DNA from: an uncultured virus (IMG/VR IMGVR_UViG_3300047160_023228)
Taxonomy: Duplodnaviria > Heunggongvirae > Uroviricota > Caudoviricetes
Reading direction: 5' to 3' (one strand)
Virus record (IMG/VR): IMGVR_UViG_3300047160_023228
DNA length: 20,000 bases
The position numbers and the translations under genes are program-made. This document shows, one piece after another, positions 1 to 7,450 of this stretch (position 1 is its first letter; every line of letters starts with the position of its first letter). Under the pieces are notes generated by a model. The model made no database searches and was not told where the DNA came from. It worked only from the letters and a program-made list of their open reading frames with translations.

Positions 1-642
1 GCGCGCCCAATCGGGATGCATCGGCCTGGCCGCCGATCCGCTCTCCCCGCCACATATCACCCAATCCACGTGCTCGAATGCGCGGCTCAACACCAGGTCA
101 AGCGGTCCCAGGGCGGGTTCGTAGCTCACGAAGAACATGGGAACCGAAGGATGCCGGGCGCGAAGCCGTGCCACGTGCGCCAGGCGTTCTTCCAACCGCG
201 TCTGATCTTCGGCGGTGAATCCCGGCTTGACGTTCGCGGGCCAGCTCCGCAACCACCGATCCGGCATGAACGCTTCGTAGTTGTGCGCGCGCTTGGTCAG
301 GATCAGGAATTGGAGGTTGCTGCAAACATCGGCCTCAAGGTAGAAACGTTGACGCTGATCCCGCGGGCCATCGTCATCAAGAAAATCGGCCAGGGACGCG
401 ACGAACACACGGCGCATCACGCCGGCTGCTTTGGACGCGCGGTCCCACTTGCGAAGCTGATTCCAGTTGGCAAGCGAAGTGATCTTGCGCGGCGCACCCG
501 GCCCCCACCCGCCGCCGGTCCAGTTGTAGAGCTTGTTTTGGGTTTCGGCGTAGCAATTCTTACAGCCCGGCGAAACCTTGGTGCATCCGATCCACGGATT
601 GAAGGTGTGATCCGTCCACTCGATTTTGGAATTCTCTCCCAT
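1..642 (-). CDS. DUF5131 / phage Gp37-Gp68 family protein (three-Cys, radical-SAM-like), 3' end outside window
   Basis: Manual translation of the minus strand from ATG at 642: MGENSKIEWTDHTFNPWIGCTKVSPGCKNCYAE...RVFVASLADF...FLILTKR...FVSYEPALGPL...DWVICGGESGSAARPMHPDWAR. Starts 2 bp after the stop of 645..965. Confidence 0.93.
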   Translation of the reverse strand, partial: MGENSKIEWTDHTFNPWIGCTKVSPGCKNCYAETQNKLYNWTGGGWGPGAPRKITSLANWNQLRKWDRASKAAGVMRRVFVASLADFLDDDGPRDQRQRFYLEADVCSNLQFLILTKRAHNYEAFMPDRWLRSWPANVKPGFTAEDQTRLEERLAHVARLRARHPSVPMFFVSYEPALGPLDLVLSRAFEHVDWVICGGESGSAARPMHPDWAR

Positions 643-644
643 GG

Positions 645-965
645 TCAGAACTCCGTAGACGCGAAGTAGCGCGGGAACTTGGCGCCTTCGGTGATGAGTT
701 TGTTCAACTGTTCGCGGAAAGAGCGCGGCTTGTATCCGGGCTTTCCAAAGCCCTCATCGTCTTCATCGTGGAACTTGAGACGGCGCATTTCCTTCACACT
801 GAGTTCACGCGGGCAACCGTCCTTGATGTCGATCAGATCATCCTGCACAACCCGATCAAGGCTCATGCTCATGTTTTCCGCGTAGCCGATGGCGGCCTCA
901 AGCGGTGATGCCGCGGCCATCCATTCGCAATCGTTCATCTCGTAGACTTTAACTTCGCTGTCCAT
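645..965 (-). CDS. Phage hypothetical protein (106 aa)
   Basis: In operon; GGAAGG RBS overlapping the upstream stop; protein-like composition. Confidence 0.8.
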   Translation of the reverse strand: MDSEVKVYEMNDCEWMAAASPLEAAIGYAENMSMSLDRVVQDDLIDIKDGCPRELSVKEMRRLKFHDEDDEGFGKPGYKPRSFREQLNKLITEGAKFPRYFASTEF

Positions 966-973
966 CGCCTTCC

Positions 974-1465
974 TTATGCAAACAACGCCATCTGATCCCG
1001 CGCCGACACAACCCGGAACGCTTCAAACAGCGGCTCAATATCATCCTTCGGTTCGGACGTGCTCAAAGCTTCGAGCCGCGCCCAGGCTTCATCGGTGTCA
1101 AAATCGCCCGCTTTGTCGATGGCATCGAGCAACGCCATGCGCGAAGCTTCCACGTTGGCGCCCAGGTGCTCACAGCATTCGGGGAAGCTCACAAACGGCC
1201 ATTCCCCGCGCGGCTTCAATGTTTCCGAAGTGGCGATCCAATCGCGGGCGAGCAACGCTTCGTCGGTGGGCCGCGCTTGGGGATCGGCGGCGGGCTTCGG
1301 CAACGCCACGATCACGCCGCGGGAGATCGAAGCCAGGCCCAGGCAACAATTGCAATCGATCACCGCCACTTCGATCACGCGGAGATAGAACTGCATCGTA
1401 GGCGTGTAATGCCATTGCGGCCGGGCCGCTTGCCACCTTGAGACATCCAACTTCGATTCCGCCAT
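974..1465 (-). CDS. Phage hypothetical protein (163 aa) with C-terminal QMALF clamp-binding-like motif
   Basis: GAGGG RBS upstream; in operon; ARDWI...PFVSFPECCEHLG segment resembles an uncharacterised helical family; ends RDQMALFA. Confidence 0.8.
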   Translation of the reverse strand: MAESKLDVSRWQAARPQWHYTPTMQFYLRVIEVAVIDCNCCLGLASISRGVIVALPKPAADPQARPTDEALLARDWIATSETLKPRGEWPFVSFPECCEHLGANVEASRMALLDAIDKAGDFDTDEAWARLEALSTSEPKDDIEPLFEAFRVVSARDQMALFA

Positions 1466-1477
1466 CTTGCCCTCGTG

Positions 1478-1732
1478 CTACAGAACGCGGCGCACGATCA
1501 CGCCGGCAATGCCGTACTCATCCACCTTCTCGGTTGCGAACTTCATGCCCTTCAGGAAGGGCGAAACCCGCGTCAATGTGCGGCTGATCGAACCCATGCG
1601 CTTGCGCAAGTGATCCACGGATTCACCCTTGGCGGTGACGAAGAAACTATCGCCAACCTGCAGATCCCGCCACGGATACTTCCGCCCGCCGCATTTCCTG
1701 TCCGGTGGATCGATCCAAAACTTTTCCATCAC
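1478..1732 (-). CDS. Small phage protein, probable DNA-binding (KYPWRDLQVGDSFFV motif)
   Basis: KYPW/F-xx-L/M-x-VGDSF motif is common in small phage proteins; abuts upstream stop at 1733. Start may be ATG at 1729. Confidence 0.8.
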   Translation of the reverse strand: MMEKFWIDPPDRKCGGRKYPWRDLQVGDSFFVTAKGESVDHLRKRMGSISRTLTRVSPFLKGMKFATEKVDEYGIAGVIVRRVL

Positions 1733-2089
1733 TTACCTAACCTGTTCGTCGGGGTTTAGTTCGAATTTTCGGCAGAGTTCACGAGCGTACGTCGAACCCA
1801 ACGCAAACACAGCCGATACCGCAACCCATCGGGGGTGCTTTGTGCCTTTACGCTGCGCATGATCACGTGCGCCCCGAACAGCACGGCGCAATAAATCTTC
1901 GGCGGTGATCTCATGCAGGAAATGCCGGTATTCCAACTCCGCCGCGCAAAGAATCCGCTGGCGCAACTCGCCCGCCGCATGAGATCGGCACGGGCAACCG
2001 GGCTTGCATGTGTTCTCTTCGTGTGCGCCATAGATTCCACGCGCATCGAGAATCTCTTCGATGATGTCTTCCAACTGTTCAATCGCCAT
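1733..2089 (-). CDS. Phage hypothetical protein (118 aa)
   Basis: GAGG RBS; C-terminal PRWVAVSAVFALGSTYARELCRKFELNPDE segment is typical of phage hypotheticals; N-terminal CxxxCxCxxH cluster. Confidence 0.8.
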   Translation of the reverse strand: MAIEQLEDIIEEILDARGIYGAHEENTCKPGCPCRSHAAGELRQRILCAAELEYRHFLHEITAEDLLRRAVRGARDHAQRKGTKHPRWVAVSAVFALGSTYARELCRKFELNPDEQVR

Positions 2090-2092
2090 CGC

Positions 2093-2560
2093 TTACCTCG
2101 GCATCGTGCCCCGATAGCGCGGGGCTTTTTCGTTCACTTCCTCAAGCGAGTGATAGTCCACGTGGTTGTACCGGAAAACCCCATTCGCTTCGATCCGTTC
2201 GCGGGCAACCTGCCAGAACAGGGTGAGTTCGGCATGGCGTTCCCGTTCGGCCCATTGCTGTTCTCTCCGCCGGTTTGCCAGGTGCTCAAGCGGTTCGATC
2301 AGTTCGCCCAATTCCGGCCAGGCTTTTTCGCCTTCGCCCCGCCGGCGCCGCGCTACCCGGTGAACCACCGCCGTCACATCGGCGTCGGGGAATTCCGAAA
2401 CCGCCGTGGCGTACATCTCATACGCTTTGTCACTGACAGTCGCGCCCCGCGCTTCCGCCAGGAGTCTCATCAAGCCGAGCAAGGATAGAAGCCGCTGCGC
2501 GTCTTGCCGCTTCGTCATTTGCGTCGGAACGTTGCTGACCACCATGCCCAAAGTTGCCAT
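2093..2560 (-). CDS. Putative replication partner (helicase loader/inhibitor-like) downstream of initiator
   Basis: Position directly after the initiator gene; YATAVSEFPDADV...WPELGEL pattern resembles G39P/lambda-P-like helical domains. Start uncertain because it overlaps the initiator 3' end. Confidence 0.6.
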   Translation of the reverse strand: MATLGMVVSNVPTQMTKRQDAQRLLSLLGLMRLLAEARGATVSDKAYEMYATAVSEFPDADVTAVVHRVARRRRGEGEKAWPELGELIEPLEHLANRRREQQWAERERHAELTLFWQVARERIEANGVFRYNHVDYHSLEEVNEKAPRYRGTMPR

Positions 2561-3362
2561 TGCCGCCCCCGTTCGGTCTGGATTGGTTCTGTGCGCGCGT
2601 AAGCCAGTTCACGATGAACCGCCGCATTCCCGCCGGCGTCTTGCGGTTGCGCGGGTTGGCCTCAAGCCACACGCTGGCGCGAAGCAACTCCGTGAGCACG
2701 TTCACGCCGGGGAACGCATCGGCCCACTTCGCACAGTCTTCTGGCAACACCGGCCATTCCTCGCCGGTCACGGTGGGTATGTACATCGGGTTCCCGTTGG
2801 CGTCAAGAGCGGGACTGGGAGCGGGTGTTATCTGCGCGCCGCTTGCCGGCGGGCAAGAGTTGTTGTCTTTTCCCTCTACGTCTTCATCAACGTCTACGTC
2901 TACTTCGTCGCGTTTTGTATTGCTTAACGATTCGTTTTGATCTTCTAAACTATTCCATAACGAATCGTTTTGTTTCTGTTGTTGAGCCTGTTTCGCCGCT
3001 TTCGCAGCAGCCGCTTTCAGGGTCCGGTCCACGTGCGCCAGGTGCAACGCCTTCGAAGCTTCCCACGTCTCGAATTGCACCCGGTTGTAGACACGGCCGG
3101 AACCGTCCGATACGAAATGGGCCATTACTTCCTCGCGGATGGTAGGAAGGTTCTTCCTCTTCCGAGTCCACAAGCACAGTGAACGGCTGTACTTCGCCAG
3201 TTCGTTGTTGTCTTCCGGGAGCTTCCCATCGGGCTGTTGGAACTGCGCCATGATGAGGTTGTGAAACGCGCGGTAGCCCGCGTCTGTAAACGCCTGTACG
3301 GTGGCTGAGCCTTGCCAGGCGTCAATCTTATGCTTGTACCATTGCTGCCAATCTGAAGCCAT
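2430..3362 (-). CDS. Phage replication initiator, YdaU/DUF1376-like N-terminus (310 aa)
   Basis: Likely start ATG 3362 (TAATG overlap with upstream stop): MASDWQQWYKHKIDAWQGS...GYRAFHNLIMAQFQQPDGKLP...ELAK; low-complexity linker; C-terminal WADAFPGVNV..EL..A..WL.ANP..RKT..GM.RFI.NWL.RAQ typical of lambdoid initiators. Confidence 0.82.
   Translation of the reverse strand: MASDWQQWYKHKIDAWQGSATVQAFTDAGYRAFHNLIMAQFQQPDGKLPEDNNELAKYSRSLCLWTRKRKNLPTIREEVMAHFVSDGSGRVYNRVQFETWEASKALHLAHVDRTLKAAAAKAAKQAQQQKQNDSLWNSLEDQNESLSNTKRDEVDVDVDEDVEGKDNNSCPPASGAQITPAPSPALDANGNPMYIPTVTGEEWPVLPEDCAKWADAFPGVNVLTELLRASVWLEANPRNRKTPAGMRRFIVNWLTRAQNQSRPNGGGNGNFGHGGQQRSDANDEAARRAAASILARLDETPGGSAGRDCQ
2875..2985. repeat. 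Candidate phage replication origin (iteron-like repeats, AT-rich) inside initiator gene
   Basis: TAACGAWTCGTTTTG at 2925-2939 and 2958-2972; CGTTTTG at 2911, 2933, 2966; six TCNNCN hexamers 2875-2910; locally AT-rich. Confidence 0.6.
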
Positions 3363-4018
3363 TACGCCGCCTTCTCCAGCCACTTCGTATTCAGGTCGAT
3401 GCTTGCCTGTAGCGCCATCATTCGTTCCACGCGCGGATCGGCTTGCAGGTCCACCGCCGGCTTTTCCCGCATCAGCAGGTTGTACAGCCGTTCCACGCGC
3501 AGCGCGTTGTAGGCCGTGACGAACTTCGCGCCGTAGAACTGAATGCCATCCTTGCGGCGATAGCCCAGGCGTTCGGCAAGATCGGACTTCGTGACGCCAA
3601 GTTCCGCAACCATCCAATCGATTCGGCGGGTGGTTTCCTTCGCGTTCACCAGCGATCCATCGGAGCGGGCATCGGTGGTTACGCGCATGATCTTCTCTTC
3701 GGTGCTTTGCCGGATGCGCTTTTGCGTGCCGTTGGCGATCTTCATTAGCCGAACGTCGCTGATCCCGGTCACGTCCCACACCGCGCGCTTGCCTACGTGC
3801 GCCTGGCGGAGCATCAACAGGTGTTCCCGTGCGAATTCCGCGCTCACGTAGTAATCCATGTCGGAACGCTTGCGGCGGGCGCGCTGGTCGCGTTGGTGGG
3901 CCGCGTAAGCCGCGCGGCAACCATCACAGCGGCAACCCGTGCGATACCTTGCCGCGGTCCCGTGGGCCGCCTGTGTGTGCGCAGAACGGCCCTTGTAGTT
4001 TCCGGGTGCCCAGGGCAT
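3362..4018 (-). CDS. Phage DNA-binding protein: HGT..Y..GCRCxxC Zn motif plus two HTH-like regions (218 aa)
   Basis: AAHGTAARYRTGCRCDGCRAA; GKRAVWDVTGISDVRLMKIANG and GVTKSDLAERLGY HTH-like segments; operon coupling on both sides. Confidence 0.75.
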   Translation of the reverse strand: MPWAPGNYKGRSAHTQAAHGTAARYRTGCRCDGCRAAYAAHQRDQRARRKRSDMDYYVSAEFAREHLLMLRQAHVGKRAVWDVTGISDVRLMKIANGTQKRIRQSTEEKIMRVTTDARSDGSLVNAKETTRRIDWMVAELGVTKSDLAERLGYRRKDGIQFYGAKFVTAYNALRVERLYNLLMREKPAVDLQADPRVERMMALQASIDLNTKWLEKAA

Positions 4019-4021
4019 CGC

Positions 4022-5185
4022 TTACTTCTCCAGCCGCATCGGCATCACAACGTAGTCGAGATGATCCCCTTCGGCGGGATCGGCGGAGAACATCAGCGCG
4101 CTTTGGTTGGTATCCGGCAAGCAAATGCGGACATCGCCGGATAGGAGCTTGAACAGGTCCAACAGGTATTCGCCGTTGACGCCAACCGAGAACGGCTGTT
4201 TGGGTGTACCTTGGCAATCCACCGTCTCGCGGGCTTCGCCGCTCTGTGCGTCCGATCCTTCGAGGGTGATCTCTTTATCGAACGTGAGTTTGACGCTGCA
4301 GGAACGTTCATCGCTGAGCAATAGGCAACGTTCCAGGCTTGAGCGGAGTTCGCCGGCCTTCGCCGTGATCACCGTATTGTTCTTCGGCACAACCGCTTCC
4401 CAATTGGGAAATGGCCCGGCAAGTTTCTTGTGCGCCACGTGAACCGGAGTCTCACCCGGCAACGCGGCGATGATCTGTTGATCGTCGAAGGTGACATCCA
4501 CGCCGCCATCGGAGAGCATCGGCAACAGGGCCTTGACCATGCCGGCTGGGATCAGGAGGTTCTTGAGCTTGTCTTCACAGGAGATCGAATAGATCATCAT
4601 CGTGTGCCCGTTGGTGGCCACGAACTTCAGGTGCGATCCATCTCCCACGGCCAGAATGCCGTTGAGCGTGTAGCGGCTGGCTTCCTTGCTCACGGCGATC
4701 TGTGCGAAGCGAAGCGCGCGGGCAACACCCTCCTGGTCAAGCGTGATGGCGCCGCCATTGGCTTCGAACGAAATCTGCGGCCATGAACCAACACCCATGA
4801 TCGGAAGCACGGCGCGGGCACGGGCGCATTGCAGCGTTGCCCGGCGATCCGTGAGGCTGAGCTTCACTTCATCGCCCGTGAGAAGCTTCGTCCAATCGAG
4901 CAGTTTTTCCGCGGGGATCACCACAGGCTTATCGATGGTGGTGGATTCGGGAACCGCGGCGCGGATGGCCAGGTCAAGGTTGGTGGCTTCGAGGATCAGG
5001 CCCGCCGGCGTCTGTTCCACCTTGACGCAGGTCAGAATCGGGATGGTGGTTTTGCGCTCGATGGCCGCCGAAACAGTCTTGAGCGCGTGTTTCAAATTGG
5101 AGAGAGATACGGTGGCCTTCGAGGGCGCGGATTCCGGCTTGTCAACCGTTGCGGCCTCGGGCTTGTCTGTTACCGCTGTTGCCAT
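4022..5185 (-). CDS. dnaN: DNA polymerase III beta sliding clamp, prophage-encoded copy
   Basis: AIERKTTIPILTCV, LEATNLDLAI, SKEASRYTLNG, FVATNGH, GPFPNWEAVVP, GVNGEYLLD, YVVMPMR; 387 aa; no dnaA/recF/gyrB context. Confidence 0.95.
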   Translation of the reverse strand: MATAVTDKPEAATVDKPESAPSKATVSLSNLKHALKTVSAAIERKTTIPILTCVKVEQTPAGLILEATNLDLAIRAAVPESTTIDKPVVIPAEKLLDWTKLLTGDEVKLSLTDRRATLQCARARAVLPIMGVGSWPQISFEANGGAITLDQEGVARALRFAQIAVSKEASRYTLNGILAVGDGSHLKFVATNGHTMMIYSISCEDKLKNLLIPAGMVKALLPMLSDGGVDVTFDDQQIIAALPGETPVHVAHKKLAGPFPNWEAVVPKNNTVITAKAGELRSSLERCLLLSDERSCSVKLTFDKEITLEGSDAQSGEARETVDCQGTPKQPFSVGVNGEYLLDLFKLLSGDVRICLPDTNQSALMFSADPAEGDHLDYVVMPMRLEK

Positions 5186-5189
5186 GCTT

Positions 5190-5517
5190 GCCTTCTTTCG
5201 AGGGTTGAGGGTTTACGTTGCGGGGGAGGGCCGGTGGTTTAGCGAATCGGCGCCGGGATATCGGCCCCATTGATCTTTCGCTTGAGCGAAATCGCTTCGC
5301 CGTCCTGCTGTTCCAGGCGGTCTTCATCGATCCAACGGCCTTCGGTGAAATCGCCTTCCTTCTTGACGGGCGGCTGTACGAGGTACTGAGAGCAACCCGT
5401 GATGTAGGTAGTGAAGCCGGTCACGGTTCCGGTGAAACCCGTGATCTTGTCTTTTACCTTCAAGCCGAACTGAATGTTCTGTGCTGCCATGTCGCCTTCT
5501 TTCGAGGGTTGAGGGTT
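5190..5517. repeat. Perfect 24-bp direct repeat (5190-5213 and 5494-5517) containing the RBS of two consecutive genes
   Basis: GCCTTCTTTCGAGGGTTGAGGGTT at both positions (minus strand AACCCTCAACCCTCGAAAGAAGGC). Confidence 0.9.
5239..5490 (-). CDS. Small phage hypothetical protein, SH3-like beta-barrel (83 aa)
   Basis: G.KVKDKITGFTG.VTG...YITGC.QYLVQP...WIDEDRL pattern common in phages; GAAAGAAGG RBS. Confidence 0.85.
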   Translation of the reverse strand: MAAQNIQFGLKVKDKITGFTGTVTGFTTYITGCSQYLVQPPVKKEGDFTEGRWIDEDRLEQQDGEAISLKRKINGADIPAPIR

Positions 5518-5526
5518 GTGGTTGAA

Positions 5527-5946
5527 TCAAGCCGCATCGGGAACGATCAACAGTTCCATCTCGATCAGCTTTCGTGAGAGCCGGTCCAATGCGGCCGGAA
5601 ACTTGTAGGCCATCGTGCGCGCGGCCATCCCCAGGAGCTGCGCGGCTTCGGCCTGGGTATACTCCTGAATCACCACGCGGTTGAGGATGTCTCTATCCAG
5701 CGAGGGGAGCTTTTCGATGGCGCGTTCCATATCGCGCACAAAGATCACCGCGTCTTCGAACGAATGGATCGGGCGGCTTGAAACCCATCCGCCATCGTTG
5801 GGGTTCTGCAAGGTGGATGCGGTTCGGCTGGTTTGCATCGCGGCGTAGAAGTAACGCCGCAACAGGCCATGCGCCTGGGAGCGGTAGAACTGTACCGCCA
5901 TCTCATCCACCATCTCGGGGATCGTGAGCTTCTTTTGCTTTGCCAC
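5527..5946 (-). CDS. Sigma-70 region 4-like HTH protein (139 aa), putative phage transcription regulator
   Basis: Likely start GTG 5946 (TAGTG overlap); SFEDAVIFVRDMERAIEKLPSLDRDILNRVVIQEYTQAEAAQLLGMAARTM...ALDRL matches a sigma4-type HTH. Confidence 0.85.
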   Translation of the reverse strand: MAKQKKLTIPEMVDEMAVQFYRSQAHGLLRRYFYAAMQTSRTASTLQNPNDGGWVSSRPIHSFEDAVIFVRDMERAIEKLPSLDRDILNRVVIQEYTQAEAAQLLGMAARTMAYKFPAALDRLSRKLIEMELLIVPDAA

Positions 5947-6149
5947 TACGCACCTGCCTCGGCCAACTTCCAATTGGCGAACTTGCCTTTGCGGGTGGGG
6001 CGCCCGCGCATCTTGCGGGTTTCTGGCGTCGGGAAGTTCTTGAGCAGCGTTTCGCACGCGGCGCAATAAGCGGATTGCTGAGTGACAGGCCGCGTGAAGA
6101 TCGAACCGCACGCCTCGCAGATTTTGAATTCCACCGAGATATCGGTCAC
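5946..6149 (-). CDS. Small Zn-ribbon protein (67 aa)
   Basis: KICEACG...YCAAC (two CxxC); GTGA overlap with the HD gene stop. Confidence 0.8.
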   Translation of the reverse strand: MTDISVEFKICEACGSIFTRPVTQQSAYCAACETLLKNFPTPETRKMRGRPTRKGKFANWKLAEAGA

Positions 6150-6787
6150 AGCGCGGCCACCTTTCGTTCCGCGCGGCGCGCATTGTTGAGCGCGTGGAAG
6201 CGGCGAAGAAATTCCACTTCGGCCCGATCCGGACCCATGGGGTAGATCGTCTTCGGCAACACGCCGTCATGCCAGGTGGCGCCGTGCATCAGGTCCCGCA
6301 TTTCGGTGTTGAGCAGGATGCGATCAGCGGCCTTCACCGCCGGCGGTTCCGGGCCGCACAGATCGAAGCGGTGGGCGATGGCTTCCATCAGGTTGTGTTC
6401 GAAGCCGCGGTAGATATCGCCGATCCCCGGCGTGCGCTTGATCGGGCTTGGCATGTCGCACAGGTACGCCTCGGACGCATCGTGCATCAGGCCCCACAGC
6501 GCGATTTCGCGGGCATAGGGAACGCGCATCGATGCGGGCCAATCCCTTACCGCGGTCATGGCCAGGCGAACCGCAAGGGTGCTCACGTACAGGCTGTGTT
6601 CGGCCACCGAATAGAAGCAATAGGTGTGCCCGGTGAAGCGTGCGACCAGGGAGAGCGCGTGCGCGATATCGTCAATGTCGATATCTTCCGGTTGCGGATT
6701 CAGCGGCCAGAACTTCCGGCCGGTATAAGTGCGGATGTAATTCGAATCGGTGCGTTCGATCTTGGTGGCCTCGGAGATCATCAACAT
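6146..6787 (-). CDS. HD-domain phosphohydrolase (YfbR/5'-deoxynucleotidase-like, phage type)
   Basis: IDIDDIAHALS...RFTGH...YSVAEHS...LMHDASEAYLCDMPSPIK...VKAAD...E.RDL. Alternative starts at 6814 and 6781. Confidence 0.9.
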   Translation of the reverse strand: MLMISEATKIERTDSNYIRTYTGRKFWPLNPQPEDIDIDDIAHALSLVARFTGHTYCFYSVAEHSLYVSTLAVRLAMTAVRDWPASMRVPYAREIALWGLMHDASEAYLCDMPSPIKRTPGIGDIYRGFEHNLMEAIAHRFDLCGPEPPAVKAADRILLNTEMRDLMHGATWHDGVLPKTIYPMGPDRAEVEFLRRFHALNNARRAERKVAAL

Positions 6788-7185
6788 GCCAGGGCTGCCT
6801 TTCTTTCTTGCCATGCCAGGCGCACGCTCTCGGCGATCTTTGCCCGGTGGTGTTCGGGAAGATGGTTGCTATTGCGGGCGCGGCGTAGCTTCGGCCTTCC
6901 GCCCGCGGAACCCAACATGAGGTTGTAGCCGTTCTCAACCGTGTTGAATTCGCGGATAAACTTGCGTTCCATCTGATTCAGCCGGCGTTGGCAATCGGCT
7001 TCGCCCAGGCAGACCACTTCGAAGACATCAAAGCCAAATTGGCGCATGTCCCGGTAAAGCGGCCAATCGTAGCGGCCGATGCGCGCTTCGGTTCGGTGCT
7101 GGCGCCAACGGGCCTCGACGGTGCGCGTGGTTTTGCCCACGTAGCACTTACCGTTGACTCGATTTCGAAGCAGATACACGTTCAT
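6781..7185 (-). CDS. GIY-YIG endonuclease (134 aa) with NUMOD3-like tail
   Basis: Start ATG 7185: MNVYLLRNRVNGKCYVGKT...RWRQH...E..FI..FNTVENGYN...HLPEHHRAKIAES. Confidence 0.88.
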   Translation of the reverse strand: MNVYLLRNRVNGKCYVGKTTRTVEARWRQHRTEARIGRYDWPLYRDMRQFGFDVFEVVCLGEADCQRRLNQMERKFIREFNTVENGYNLMLGSAGGRPKLRRARNSNHLPEHHRAKIAESVRLAWQERKAALAC

Positions 7186-7450
7186 TGCGCTTTCCGTTGC
7201 CTTCGCGTTGCCGCATGAGTTCGGACACCAGGCCCGCGGTTTCGAGTTCAAGCCGGTGCATAATGTCCCGGATGGGCATCTGTGGATCGGCCGCAATCGC
7301 GGAATCGAACACGAAGCGGCCATCATCGTCAGGTGCTGCGCCGGCGCGAACAGCCACCACGAACAGGGCGCCCGAACCTTTCCTGATCCACTCGCACGCG
7401 CCCTCAAGCGAATGCCGGCTGGTGAGGTCCCATTTGCCGTTGTTGCTCAC
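7148..7450 (-). CDS. Phage hypothetical protein (100 aa)
   Basis: GTGA overlap with upstream stop, GAGG RBS, in operon. Confidence 0.7.
   Translation of the reverse strand: MSNNGKWDLTSRHSLEGACEWIRKGSGALFVVAVRAGAAPDDDGRFVFDSAIAADPQMPIRDIMHRLELETAGLVSELMRQREGNGKRNERVSASKSSQR

Noticed and set aside
16..669. 217-aa plus-strand ORF
   Set aside because: Antisense shadow of the DUF5131 gene, which has clear family motifs on the minus strand.
3363..3920. N-terminal extension of the 496-aa ORF
   Set aside because: Overlaps the 3362..4018 gene in another frame and is Arg/Pro-rich; the coupled start at 3362 fits better.
4022..5185. Chromosomal oriC/dnaA-dnaN locus
   Set aside because: No dnaA, recF or gyrB; the gene is embedded in a phage operon.
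6146..6787. Z-genome (DatZ/PurZ) system
   Set aside because: An HD domain alone is insufficient; no purZ or mazZ in the window.
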